A DNA stretch of 63,758 nt, counting the filler, from Lama guanicoe (taxonomy: Eukaryota): NCBI GenBank assembly GCA_013239625.1. It is 74 parts of 74 records of this genome, joined end to end, with 100 filler letters (N's around TTAATTAATTAA, not from the genome) between each part and the next. Parts side by side here need not be neighbours in the genome. Positions count along the whole stretch, not along the records: positions 36,092 to 36,440 come from PNXV01003136.1; positions 36,541 to 37,378 come from MU053670.1; positions 37,479 to 38,355 come from MU053672.1; positions 38,456 to 39,528 come from MU053674.1; positions 39,629 to 40,138 come from MU053675.1; positions 40,239 to 40,733 come from PNXV01003155.1; positions 40,834 to 41,887 come from MU053676.1; positions 41,988 to 42,714 come from PNXV01003162.1; 66 more parts are not named here. One strand, 5' to 3'. Made by a program: the position numbers and the translations under genes. Below, piece by piece: positions 36,092-48,886 of the stretch (positions are counted from its first letter, which is position 1; each line of letters starts with the position of its first letter). The notes under the pieces were generated by a model. The model searched no databases. It was given only the letters and a program-made list of their open reading frames with translations, and was not told the DNA's origin.

Positions 36092-36440
36092 AATGTTTCT
36101 GTTCCAGGGAATGCTAGGGGTGATTGCAGGAAATCCCAGTTACAGAGGCTGCCTCCTCAAGGTGAGGAAAGGAATTTCTCAGAATTCCCCCTAACAGGGA
36201 ACACCTGTGACTGCAGAGAGCTGCGTGGAGTTGTCTCTCGAGCTCCCCAAGCACTGACAATTGTTCCGGAATCCTGAGCGTGGTTAGGTTCCACCAAGGT
36301 CGGCAGAGCGTGGGTTCTAACGGAATGCCTAAGCTCGTCTCCCCTGAGGGTTTTCCTAATGTCTCTCTGCCAGGAACTGCTAGGGGGTTTACAGTCAATC
36401 CCAGTGACAGAGGCTGCCTCCCCAAAGTCAGGGAAGGTAT
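36092..36440 (-). repeat. 267-bp satellite
   Basis: Same unit as 3513. Confidence 0.95.
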
Positions 36441-36540
36441 NNNNNNNNNNNNNNNNNNNNNNNNNNNNNNNNNNNNNNNNNNNNTTAATTAATTAANNNN
36501 NNNNNNNNNNNNNNNNNNNNNNNNNNNNNNNNNNNNNNNN

Positions 36541-37378
36541 CCTTCCCTGACTTTGGGGAGGCAGCCTCTGTCACTAGGATTTCCTGCAACCCCCTCTGGC
36601 ATTCAATGGCACAGAGACATGTGGAAAACCCTCAGGGGAGACGAGCACAGGCATTCCCTTAGAACCCACGCGCTGCCGACCGTTGGTGGAACCTCCCCAC
36701 GCTCAGGATTCCGGAACCATTGTCATTGAGTGTGGGAGCTCGAGAGACAACTCCACGCAGCTCTCTTCAGTCACAGGTGTTCCCTGCTCGGGGAAGTCCG
36801 AGAAAAAATTTCCCTGACCTTGGGGAGGGAGCCTCTGTCACTGGGATTTCCTGCAACCCCCCCTAGGATTCCCTTGCACAGAGACATGAGGAAAACCCTC
36901 AGTGCAGACGAGCACAGGCATTCCCTTAGAACCCACGCGCTGCCGACCGTTGGTGGAACCTCCCCACGCTCAGGATTCCGGAACCATTGTCATTGAGTGT
37001 GGGAGCTNNNNNNNNNNNNNNNNNNNNNNNNNNNNNNNNNNNNNNNNNNNNNNNNNNNNNNNNNNNNNNNNNNNNNNNNNNNNNNNNNNNNNNNNNNNNN
37101 NNNNNNNNNNNNNNNNNNNNNNNNNNNNNNNNNNNNNNNNNNNNNNNNNNNNNNNNNNNNNNNNNNNNNNNNNNNNNNNNNNNNNNNNNNNNNNNNNNNN
37201 NNNNNNNNNNNNNNNNNNNNNNNNNNNNNNNNNNNNNNNNNNNNNNNNNNNNNNNNNNNNNNNNNNNNNNNNNNNNGGAGCTCGAGACTCCACGCAGCTC
37301 TCTCAGGTCACAGGTGTTCCCTGCTCGGAGAAGTCCGAGAAATAACTTCCCTGACTTTGGGGAGGCAGCCTCTGTCAC
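36541..37378 (+). repeat. 267-bp satellite (gap 37008-37276)
   Basis: agaacccacgcgctgccgacc at 36661 and 36928. Confidence 0.95.
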
Positions 37379-39628
37379 NNNNNNNNNNNNNNNNNNNNNN
37401 NNNNNNNNNNNNNNNNNNNNNNTTAATTAATTAANNNNNNNNNNNNNNNNNNNNNNNNNNNNNNNNNNNNNNNNNNNNTCTAGAAGATAACTTTGTACTT
37501 AGTTTAAAATACAAAACTGTCAGCTTTTGAAAGACTTGAACATTGCTAAATCATCCAAATATCAAAGAGACCCAATTAGCCTTCTCTGTAGAACGTAATT
37601 TCCCATGATGGCAAAGCAAACCCTAAGAAGTAGTGGATCCAAGACTCGTGTTTATCACTACCTATGATCGTTTTTAAACACGTAAACAGATTCAGAAACG
37701 TATGTCCCTACGACATTTATTCTTATTGAAATAGCATATATATTCAATTGTCTATGCAGAAAATAGGTCCCATGATGGTGTTTAAGAACTATTTTGTGTA
37801 TTGAAATATTTATTATTAAGTGCAGACAAGGAGGGTGGNNNNNNNNNNNNNNNNNNNNNNNNNNNNNNNNNNNNNNNNNNNNNNNNNNNNNNNNNNNNNN
37901 NNNNNNNNNNNNNNNNNNNNNNNNNNNNNNNNNNNNNNNNNNNNNNNNNNNNNNNNNNNNNNNNNNNNNNNNNNNNNNNNNNNNNNNNNNNNNNNNNNNN
38001 NNNNNNNNNNNNNNNNNNNNNNNNNNNNNNNNNNNNNNNNNNNNNNNNNNNNNNNNNNNNNNNNNNNNNNNNNNNNNNNNNNNNNNNNNNNNNTTCTCAG
38101 CAACCCTACTAAGTAGACACGGATGAGAAACCCGGCACTGCGGATGAGGAGACGGAGCTCGGAGGAGCCAGGGACGCTGACCGTCCTGATCCCAGTGACA
38201 ACACGTCAGCCCAGAGCAAGCGCTGACAGTGCTGCTCTGAGGAGACACCCAGCTGCATGGAAACTTGGGGAACTGGGGAGTCCCAGAAGACACTCAAAAG
38301 TGTTCTGTGAAAAACCAGCTCAAATATATTATACTGTGCCGCATCCTCTAAACACNNNNNNNNNNNNNNNNNNNNNNNNNNNNNNNNNNNNNNNNNNNNT
38401 TAATTAATTAANNNNNNNNNNNNNNNNNNNNNNNNNNNNNNNNNNNNNNNNNNNNAAAAAATCCAGCAAATGAGAATGGAATGCTGCAGACCTCTGGAGG
38501 CATGAATGAAGAAAAAAATATTACTTTGTCTCCTGTACCTACCTCCACTTACTGTCTCGAGTGACTAGTCTTTGGGCTATGAAAGACCTAGTATTTGGTG
38601 AAGAATAAAGACCATAACGAAATAGTTTGAAAACCATGAGAGTTTTGTTGTTTCAAGAAAGTAGATTTTGCTTAAAGTCAACATGTATTTTTCATTCACT
38701 TAATACTTAAATTCATCCTGTGACATGTGCTGTGCTTAATGTGCTGGTATCCAAGTTAGACAAGGAAAGGGGGATAGACAGAAAACATCTGGATGAGGTG
38801 GTTTCTGTNNNNNNNNNNNNNNNNNNNNNNNNNNNNNNNNNNNNNNNNNNNNNNNNNTATCTCCAGATACAGAGAAACATAAAGAAATTCCAAGGTAGTC
38901 AGATGCCAGATTTATAAAGAAATGAGTAAACTAAGTTGAGTTTGTTTGCTTACATTTGGAAAGGCATTAATTGCCACCCTGAGGACGTAAGCATGTCTTT
39001 GGCTTGAACACAAAAGCAACATAAATTATTGACTAGAAAATATAGTGTAGACTCTTGATGGCAAGAAATGAAAACACCAATTTCAATACTTTGAGAACAA
39101 CACAAAGAAGATCATAGGTAAAATTACTTTTTAAATTCTGCCACAAACTGAATGTGCCATTTGANNNNNNNNNNNNNNNNNNNNNNNNNNNNNNNNNNNN
39201 NNNNNNNNNNNNNNNNNNNNNNNNNNNNNNNNNNNNNNNNNNNNNNNNNNNNNNNNNNNNNNNNNNNNNNNNNNNNNNNNNNNNNNNNNNNNNNNNNNNN
39301 NNNNNNNNNNNNNNNNNNNNNNNNNNNNNNNNNNNNNNNNNNNNNNNNNNNNNNNNNNNNNNNNNNNNNNNNNNNNNNNNNNNNNNNNNNNNNNNNNNNN
39401 NNNNNNNNNNNNNNNNNNNNNNNNNNNNNNNNNNNNNNNNNNNNNNNNNNNNNNNNNNNNNNNNNNTCTTAACTCTATATAAAGAAAATAAGGTAAATAC
39501 AGGTACACACCTATGTTTATTGTTCAAANNNNNNNNNNNNNNNNNNNNNNNNNNNNNNNNNNNNNNNNNNNNTTAATTAATTAANNNNNNNNNNNNNNNN
39601 NNNNNNNNNNNNNNNNNNNNNNNNNNNN

Positions 39629-40138
39629 CTTAAATGGAATGGGTTGCAGTAGAAACACTTACTCCGGATTCTCAGTAATTTTCCTAATGCCGGTTGGAAT
39701 TTCATGCAATTTTTACTGTAAAACAGATTTGGAGCTAGAACCTCCTCACATATATGTATGTCATTTAATTTCCCACTGAAAAGAAGCTGTGTGTTCCCAA
39801 CAAACTAGGAGATTGACGGTTTTCACACACACTTAAATCNNNNNNNNNNNNNNNNNNNNNNNNNNNNNNNNNNNNNNNNNNNNNNNNNNNNNNNNNNNNN
39901 NNNNNNNNNNNNNNNNNNNNNNNNNNNNNNNNNNNNNNNNNNNNNNNNNNNNNNNNNNNNNNNNNNNNNNNNNNNNNNNNNNNNNNNNNNNNNNNNNNNN
40001 NNNTAGTGTTGTTCTTAAAAGAAACTGTATTTTCCCAACAAGGTAGGTGACTGATGGCTTTCACACACACTTATCCCTCAAAATTGAGAATGTGGAGAGA
40101 CGTTCATTCATCTCGCATAAATGGAATGTGAAACTGAT
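39629..40138 (+). repeat. Diverged 249-bp satellite (gap 39840-40003)
   Basis: gaaacacttactc...tgtgttcccaacaa...tgagaatgtggagagacgttcattcatct. Confidence 0.88.
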
Positions 40139-40238
40139 NNNNNNNNNNNNNNNNNNNNNNNNNNNNNNNNNNNNNNNNNNNNTTAATTAATTAANNNNNN
40201 NNNNNNNNNNNNNNNNNNNNNNNNNNNNNNNNNNNNNN

Positions 40239-40733
40239 AAGCAGATCGCGCCTCCTCCTAACACGGGGTCAGGTGCAGCTCTCCTCTACTGTGGGCAGGC
40301 GGGTCACTGCCCCTCCGGTTGCCGCAGTCAGATGTTGCAGACTGGCCAGGCAGGAGGGCGGGTCGTGCCCCCTCCCAGCACCTTGGTCAGAGGCTGTGTT
40401 CCTGCCGGACAGGCGGGGGGCCGCTCTCCCTATGTCTGTGCCACCGGTGGCTCCGCTGCTCTGTGCGGCTGCGCGCTCTGCGGGTGGGCTCGGGGAAGAC
40501 ATCCCTGCTCAGAGCCAAGACCCAGCTCCTTGTTTGTCTTTGTCGAGCAAGTTCTCTGAGGGACCAGGATGGAAGGATCCTATCTGCCCCCGGCTGTAGG
40601 CCCATCTTAGTCTGGTCCTTGAGGCTGCTAAGCCCTTCAGTGCGGATGCAGGTTTCGCCCCCACCCCCTCCTGGGTGCTCAGCGCCGGAGAATATGGCGG
40701 CTGTGCCTGAGCCCTGCCTCTCTTCCCCCGAAA
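40239..40733 (-). mobile_element. CpG-rich segment, probably an L1 5' UTR (antisense)
   Basis: GC/CpG-rich with no recognisable protein; YY1-like aatatggcggc at 40691-40701. Resemblance to artiodactyl L1 5' UTRs is from recall only. Confidence 0.45.
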
Positions 40734-40833
40734 NNNNNNNNNNNNNNNNNNNNNNNNNNNNNNNNNNNNNNNNNNNNTTAATTAATTAANNNNNNNNNNN
40801 NNNNNNNNNNNNNNNNNNNNNNNNNNNNNNNNN

Positions 40834-41887
40834 TATTCTATATTCTGTGTTCTGTTTTCTATATTCTAATTTTCTATTTTCAATATTATTTATTCCATAT
40901 TCTATATTCTGTGTTCTGCATTCCATGTTATATATTCTATATTCCGTATTCTGTATTCTATATTCTTAATTCTGTGTTCGGCAGTCCATGTTCTAAATTC
41001 TGGATTCTATATTCTCTCTGCTATATTCTATATTCTGTGTTCTACATTCTATACTCTAAATCCTGTATTCATTATTCTTTATTCTATATTCTAAATTCTG
41101 TGTTCTTCATTCTATGTTCTAAATTCTATATTCATTATTCTGTATTCTATATTCTAAATTCTGTGTTCTGNNNNNNNNNNNNNNNNNNNNNNNNNNNNNN
41201 NNNNNNNNNNNNNNNNNNNNNNNNNNNNNNNNNNNNNNNNNNNNNNNNNNNNNNNNNNNNNNNNNNNNNNNNNNNNNNNNNNNNNNNNNNNNNNNNNNNN
41301 NNNNNNNNNNNNNNNNNNNNNNNNNNNNNNNNNNNNNNNNNNNNNNNNNNNNNNNNNNNNNNNNNNNNNNNNNNNNNNNNNNNNNNNNNNNNNNNNNNNN
41401 NNNNNNNNNNNNNNNNNNNNNNNNNNNNNNNNNNNNNNNNNNNNNNNNNNNNNNNNNNNNNNNNNNNNNNNNNNNNNNNNNNNNNNNNNNNNNNNNNAAT
41501 ACTATATTAAGTATTCTATATTCTAATTTCTAAATACAGTGTTCTGCATATCATGTTCTAAATTCTGTATTCTATATTCTGCATTCCGAATTCTATATTC
41601 TATTTTCAGTGTTCTACATTATATATTCAAAATTCTATGTTCAGTATTGTGTTTTCTATATTCTAAATTCTGTGTTCTGCATTCCATGTTCTCAATTCTG
41701 GGTTTTGTGTTCTGTTTTCCATATGCTATATTCTGTGTTCTACATTCTATATTCTGTATTCTATATTCTGCATTCCGAATTCTATATTCTATTTTCAGTG
41801 TTCTACATTATATATTCAAAATTCTATGTTCAGTATTGTGTTTTCTATATTCTAAATTCTGTGTCCTGCATTCCATGTTTTAAATTC
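40834..41887 (+). repeat. AT-rich heptamer satellite (gap 41171-41497)
   Basis: Heptamer periodicity; a near-identical block recurs 189 bp apart (41563 and 41752). Confidence 0.95.
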
Positions 41888-41987
41888 NNNNNNNNNNNNN
41901 NNNNNNNNNNNNNNNNNNNNNNNNNNNNNNNTTAATTAATTAANNNNNNNNNNNNNNNNNNNNNNNNNNNNNNNNNNNNNNNNNNNN

Positions 41988-42714
41988 TAAAGAATATAGA
42001 ACACAGAATATAAAATATGGAAAACAGAATACCGAAACCAGAATTAAAAACATGGAATGTAGAACACAGAATTTAGAATATTGGATACAGTATACTGAAT
42101 ATTGTATTTAGAACATAGAATGTTGAACACAGTAGAAAGCATATACAATACGGAATGCAGAATATATTATGTAGAATATAGGATGAAGAACACATAATAT
42201 AGAATATAGATTAGAGGATGTAGAACCCAGAATTTAGTACATGGAATCAGAACTTAGAATTTAGAATATAGAATACAGAACACTGAATATGGAATTCAGA
42301 ATATAGAATGTAGAACACAGAATATAGAATATGGAAAAAAGAACACAGAACCCAGAATTTAGAACATGGAATGTGGAACACAGAATTAACAATATAGAAT
42401 ACAGAGCACTGAATATAGAAATTAGAACACAGAATGCGGGAAACAGAATTTAGAATATAGAATACAGAATACTGAATATGGAATATAGAACATGGAATGC
42501 AGAAAACAGAATTTAAAAACACAGAATACTGAATATAGAATTTAGAATAAATAATTTAGAACACAGAATTTAGAATATAGAATACAGAACACTGAATATG
42601 GAATTCAGAATATAGAATGTAGAACACAGAATATAGAATTTAGAATACAGAATAGAGAACACAGAATATAGATCTTGGAATGCAGAACACAGAATATAGA
42701 ATATAGAATACAGA
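41988..42714 (-). repeat. AT-rich heptamer satellite
   Basis: AGAATAT periodicity. Confidence 0.95.
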
Positions 42715-43149
42715 NNNNNNNNNNNNNNNNNNNNNNNNNNNNNNNNNNNNNNNNNNNNTTAATTAATTAANNNNNNNNNNNNNNNNNNNNNNNNNNNNNN
42801 NNNNNNNNNNNNNNAGGCTGGAAGTCAGACAAACAGACTCACTAGAGGCAGGGTGTGGTTTGGGTTGGTGTCGGCAGCGGTGACAGGGAATTAGGATGCC
42901 CCTGGCGAGACAGAGGATTTTCTCCCTTGTCCCTAGCTGCCTTGTCTGTGGGGGCTTCCGCTCCTCCAGATTCGTAGGACTCTGCCTGCCTGCCGCCGGG
43001 CCTGCTCCCCTGGCGAAGGCGTGGTGAAGGCCTGGGAAGAGATTGGGGACAGAGGAGAGGCAGCACAGCAGCTAAGGAGCATGCCTCGGCGACTTGGTCA
43101 TTTTGCTCCCATCTCCCCATCTCCTGGGCTCTGGGCAGCATCTACTTCC

Positions 43150-43530
43150 CAGGTTTGCGGGAGTTAAGTCTTCTTGTCAGCCAGGTGAGTTTACGTCACA
43201 GTTACGTACAAGGAAGTGGACTGCCCAGGTTGAGACGATCAGTTTGCTCACATCTATACAGGGGCTTGGGCTGGGGGCGGTATCTCCTGCCCCAGGTTCA
43301 CAGAATGAATGTTTCCAGGTCCACCTGCCCCCTGGAGGCAGGCGTTCTACGGACAGAGGCTGCAGTGAGGAGGCGGGGCTGCCCCACCCAGCCCCTGTAT
43401 CAGCTATCATCTCCTCCTTGGCGGTCCAGGGGTCCGTCTCTGGTACCCTGGTACAAGAGGTTAACTCATGTTTTGGCAAGAACCCGGGAGGAGGGCGAGG
43501 GGTGGTCAAGGGGCGGGGAGGGGGCGGTGA
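43150..43530 (+). promoter_or_regulatory. Candidate promoter-proximal or first-exon region
   Basis: Consensus donor CAG|GTGAGT (43182-43190), then TTACGTCA (CRE/bZIP), GTTACGTAC, AGGAAGTG (ETS) and several GGGCGG boxes. Confidence 0.3.
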
Positions 43531-43810
43531 GGACAAAGGGAACACAGAAGCTGGGGCCAAGGGTGGCTAGACAAGCCCGTGAATATCCAACCTGTGGCAA
43601 ACTCACCCTGCACTAGGGAGCCCAAAGCTGCCTTAGGGTGGCAATTGCTATCCGCCCAGGAGGCACGAATACTGCGATTCTTCCTACAGTAGACACACAG
43701 AGAGACAAAGNNNNNNNNNNNNNNNNNNNNNNNNNNNNNNNNNNNNNNNNNNNNTTAATTAATTAANNNNNNNNNNNNNNNNNNNNNNNNNNNNNNNNNN
43801 NNNNNNNNNN

Positions 43811-44377
43811 TGTTTCCATTTAAAAATATGAATTAGAACTGATGCTACAGTGGAAACTGCCATATATGTACATGTGCTTTGTACGTGTGTGAAGTGCACT
43901 GAAGTGTCTCCATAGGAACGATGCCTAACAGTGGGATTGCTGGGTCATGGAAAACACGCTTTAAAATGTTCACACGTGGCACCAGTGGTCCTCCCAAAAC
44001 TCTGCTCCAGCTTCCACTCACTAGAGGGAATGACAGTGCCTGCTCCTCTGCATCCTTGCCAACACCGTGGCAGGGCTGATCCTTTTGTTATTTTGCGCAT
44101 CTGATGGGCAAAAATGAGGACAAATATGTATGTTGTTTATTTGTTTGATCATTCATGAAACTTATTATCCTTTCATATTTTTTATTGGTGATTTTATGGT
44201 GATTTTATTTCTTCTGTGAATTAACCGGTCATAATTTTGCCTTTTTTTTTTCATTCAGTTGGTTGTATTTTCTTTAATTTTGATAGAAACTCTTTATCCA
44301 CTAGGGATATAACCCCTCTTTAAGAACTTGTGGCATAAATATTATTCCCTGGTCTGTTTTATGCCTTTCTTGTTGAA
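43811..44377 (-). mobile_element. Ancient L1 (L1ME-type) 3' ORF2 remnant
   Basis: agtgggattgctgggtcat...catccttgccaacac...atctgatgggcaaaaatg. Confidence 0.75.
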
Positions 44378-44869
44378 NNNNNNNNNNNNNNNNNNNNNNN
44401 NNNNNNNNNNNNNNNNNNNNNTTAATTAATTAANNNNNNNNNNNNNNNNNNNNNNNNNNNNNNNNNNNNNNNNNNNNAATTTAGGAAGAAATATGTTTCT
44501 CAGTCCTGAAACAGTTGGCAATGTTAATATAATGCCACATTTTAAGGCAAGTGTTTTGTGCACCAGTTGTTAATAATAGCTATGTTCTGTATCAGTAAAC
44601 TGTAGTAAATCCAGTTCTAAAAATGTTGTATTTTTTATTTAGTTATAAATTCCAATAAGCATAAGCCAAATTCAAAATGAGAGATAAAATGTTTAAATAA
44701 ATAAGTGTTCACTCAAGCTACAATGTAAATTTTTCCTTCAGTATGTGTATATTCCATTCAAAGTAAATATTAGCAAGCATATTATAAGTATTTTAAAGTA
44801 TAGTTAAGTTGGATTTAGTCCTGATTCATAAATTTTATTTAAATTATGAAAATCTATAAATGTGATATC

Positions 44870-45373
44870 ATCCCTTAAAAAACAAAGAATTGAAAAATAA
44901 CAATCTCAAAATATGTAGGAATATTTTTCACAGATCTGATCTTAACATTTTTATAAAAAAATTCTTAACAAATTCGCTCTAGATAAAGTATGACTAAACA
45001 TAATAAAAGCCATTTATGAAAAACCCATGACTCACATCAAAATACAGGAAGGTTTTCCTCTGGTCCTGTAATAAGAAAAAGTAGCTCATTCTCACAAGTC
45101 ATAAATTACACTACTAGAAGTCCTAGCCAGAAAAACTAGTCAAGAAAAAATATAAAATGCATACAACTTGTAAGCAAGCAGTAAAATTTTTAAAGATGAC
45201 ATAATTATACATAGATAACAAACTTCAAAGACTCCTCCAGTGACTGATAGAAATAATGAACAAACCAAGAAAACTTGCAGAATATAAAATTAATATGCAG
45301 GGGTTGGGAAAGGAGAATTTAATTAATTTAATTAATGCACTCAAAAGCTACAAATATCCAGTCGTAAAATAAA
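44870..45373 (+). mobile_element. Degenerate LINE-1 RT remnant
   Basis: ataataaaagccatttatgaaaaaccca; tactagaagtcctagccaga; gatgacataattatacatag (eroded FADD region). Confidence 0.75.
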
Positions 45374-45473
45374 NNNNNNNNNNNNNNNNNNNNNNNNNNN
45401 NNNNNNNNNNNNNNNNNTTAATTAATTAANNNNNNNNNNNNNNNNNNNNNNNNNNNNNNNNNNNNNNNNNNNN

Positions 45474-46073
45474 GCATACCATGTTATAAATTCTATATTC
45501 AGTATTCTGTATTCTATATTCTAAATACTGGGTTCTGCATTCTATGTTCTAAACTCTATATTAAGTATTCTGTATTCTATTTTCTAAATTCTGTGTTCTG
45601 CAATCCATGTTTTAAATTCTGTGTTCTGTATTTTGTTTTACATATTTTATATTTTGTGTTGTACATTCTATATTCTGTATTCAATATTCTGCATTCTGTA
45701 TTCTAAATTGTATTTCTGTGTTCTACATTCTAAATTCTGTGTTCTGCATTCCATGTTCTAAATTCAATATTCAGTATTCTGTATTCTATATTCTAAATTC
45801 TGTGTTCTGCATTCTATAACCATGTTATAAATTCTATATTCAGTATTCTGTATTCTCTTTTCTAAATTCTGTGTTCTGAATACTATATTCTATATTCTAT
45901 ATTCAGTATACTTTTTTTATAATTTAAATTCTGTATTCTGCATTTTGTGTTCTAAATTCTGGGTTCTGTATTCTGATTTCCATATTCTATATTCTGAATT
46001 CTAAATTCTATATTCTATATTCTGTATTCTGCATTCCGTATTCTATATTTTATATTCTGTGTTCTATATTCTA
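45474..46073 (+). repeat. AT-rich heptamer satellite
   Basis: ATTCTAT periodicity. Confidence 0.95.
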
Positions 46074-46173
46074 NNNNNNNNNNNNNNNNNNNNNNNNNNN
46101 NNNNNNNNNNNNNNNNNTTAATTAATTAANNNNNNNNNNNNNNNNNNNNNNNNNNNNNNNNNNNNNNNNNNNN

Positions 46174-46893
46174 TGTATTCTATATTCTAAATTCTGTGTT
46201 CTAAATTCCATGTTCTTAATTCGGGGTTCTATATTTTCTATTCTATATTCTATATTCTGCATTCCGTAGTCTATATTCTATATTCTGGGTTCTATATTCT
46301 ATTTTCTAAATTCTATATACGGTACTCTGCATTCTATATTCTAAATTCTGTGTTCTGCATTCAATATTCTAAATTCTATACNNNNNNNNNNNNNNNNNNN
46401 NNNNNNNNNNNNNNNNNNNNNNNNNNNNNNNNNNNNNNNNNNNNNNNNNNNNNNNNNNNNNNNNNNNNNNNNNNNNNNNNNNNNNNNNNNNNNNNNNNNN
46501 NNNNNNNNNNNNNNNNNNNNNNNNNNNNNNNNNNNNNNNNNNNNNNNNNNNNNNNNNNNNNNNNNNNNNNNNNNNNNNNNNNNNNNNNNNNNNNNNNNNN
46601 NNNNNNNNNNNNNNNNNNNNNNNNNNNNNNNNNNNNNNNNNNNNNNNNNNNNNNNNNNNNNNNNNNNNNNNNNNNNNNNNNNNNNNNNNNNNNNNNNNNN
46701 NNNNNNNNNNNNNNNNNNNNNNNNNNNNNNNNNNNNNNNNNNNNNNNNNNNNNNNNNNNNNNNNNNNNNNNNNNNNNNNNNNNNNNNNNNNNNNNNNNNN
46801 NNNNNNNNNNNNNNNNNNNTTCGAAATTCTCAGTATTCCGTATCCTATATTCTATATTCTGTGTTCTACATTGTATATTCCAAATTCTATATT
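46174..46893 (+). repeat. AT-rich heptamer satellite (gap 46382-46819)
   Basis: ATTCTAT periodicity. Confidence 0.93.
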
Positions 46894-46993
46894 NNNNNNN
46901 NNNNNNNNNNNNNNNNNNNNNNNNNNNNNNNNNNNNNTTAATTAATTAANNNNNNNNNNNNNNNNNNNNNNNNNNNNNNNNNNNNNNNNNNNN

Positions 46994-47743
46994 TGTAGAA
47001 AATAGAATGAAGAACACAAAGTATAGAATATATAAAAGAGACGATACAATCCACAATTAAAAAATGGAATGCAGAACACAGAATTTAGAATACAGAAAAC
47101 AAAATACTGAATAAAGGAATTAGAACATCGAATGCAGAACTCAGAATTTCGAATTCAGAATACAGAATACTGAATATAGAATATAGAACATGGAATGCAG
47201 AACACAAAATTTAGAATATAGTATACAGAATACTGAATATTGAAGTTAGAATATATAATGTAGAAATGTAGAAAACAGAATATAGAATATAAAATACGGA
47301 ATGAAGAATATAGAATACAGAATATAGAATATAGAACACAGAATATAGAATATGGAAAACACAATACAGAACCCAGAATTAAGAACATGTATTTCAGAAA
47401 CAAATTTAGAATATACAATAGAGAATACTGAATATAGAGTTTAGAACAGGGAATGCAGAACACAAAATTAAGAATATAGAATACAGAATCCTGAATATAA
47501 ATATAGAACATGGAATACCAAACACAGAATTAAGAATATAGAATACAGAATACAGGATATAGAATTTAGAATATAGAATATACAACACAGAATATAGAAT
47601 ATAGAATAAGGAATGCAGAATATAGAATGAAGAATATAGAATGAAGAACAAAAAATATTCAATATATAAAATGAACATAGAACATAGAATATACTAATGG
47701 AATGCAGAACACAGAATTAAGAATATAGAATACCGAATTCTGA
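46994..47743 (-). repeat. AT-rich heptamer satellite
   Basis: AGAATAT periodicity. Confidence 0.95.
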
Positions 47744-47843
47744 NNNNNNNNNNNNNNNNNNNNNNNNNNNNNNNNNNNNNNNNNNNNTTAATTAATTAAN
47801 NNNNNNNNNNNNNNNNNNNNNNNNNNNNNNNNNNNNNNNNNNN

Positions 47844-48408
47844 ATGTGGCTAAACAGGAGTGTGCCTGCATGGAGATGACTTTAAAGAATGCTGGGCTAG
47901 AGAAGGAGCCAGTAAACGTACCCAGCCTCTCTAAGGCTTACAGACACTTGATGACGGCCAACCTGAGTTCGAGGAAGGAAATCAGTTTTGTAATTGAAGA
48001 ACTGAGGAAAGAGAGATCCCTGCAGTCTATTCAAGCAGAGGTGGCGGAGATGCTGAAAGTGCGCACGTTCCTGGAAGAGGTCACGAGAATCAGCACATCA
48101 CAAGGGGCTGTTACAAACCAGCCAGGGGATCGAGCATCAAGCCCTGATGGTCCCTTTCCAGGAGTGGGCCCTCGTGTTAAACCTGTGCTGTGCCCTGCCC
48201 TCCACCCAGGCCTCCAAACCTGCCGGGCTGCATGCACTCACTTAGTCAGATCTCCACCTGTGCTGCAAGGAGGCCAGTGGATGGAGGAGAATCCCCTCCT
48301 TTGGACCAGAGTCCCTCCAACTTTAAAAGTGAGCATAGCAGTGAACTCCTTCATGGAATCTCTCACCTAAAATATACTCGAATTCCCAGAACACAGCATG
48401 AAGCATGA
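47844..48408 (+). pseudogene. MIA2: Intronless, diverged MIA2/CTAGE5 retrocopy (5' end missing; retrogene or pseudogene)
   Basis: TLKNAGLEKEPVNVPSLSKAYRHLMTANLSSRKEISFVIEELRKERS...FLEEVTRISTSQGA aligns by eye with my recall of cTAGE5 [47 protein letters not shown]...SLEDESKSLKSQVA. A second frame ends SEHSSELLHG...PRTQHEA*, like SEGRSEFPSG...PEPQQET*. Confidence 0.72.
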
Positions 48409-48886
48409 TGCTTTCTCTATATTCAGCAAATGTATGGATTCTCTCTTATTCGTTCTGAAAGAAATGTTGTAACTGAGAGTGATCTTCTACTTAGTTGGAA
48501 TCTACATTAAGCCTCATTTCTCAAGACAGTTTGGGTAACTGTCATATATCAGCCATGTAAGTGAGGTATACATAGAGTTATTCTTTGCACAAATGTTACA
48601 TTATAATTTGAAATTGTATGCAAATTGTCAATATAAAGTTTTAGATGGCCATAGCATTTATTTCTAGACTTATATTCTGAAGTCATAAGTTTAAGTCAAG
48701 GAGGCTTTTTTTCACCTTAGTATGTGTAATTTAAAAAAATATAATTATTCTTTAAGATGAAGTTAAATTGTACTCTTAGAAGAAACNNNNNNNNNNNNNN
48801 NNNNNNNNNNNNNNNNNNNNNNNNNNNNNNTTAATTAATTAANNNNNNNNNNNNNNNNNNNNNNNNNNNNNNNNNNNNNNNNNNNN

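Noticed and set aside
43094..43616. Overlapping 127-158 aa ORFs as a gene or ERV gag
   Set aside because: GC-rich DNA open in several frames, with no recognisable motif.
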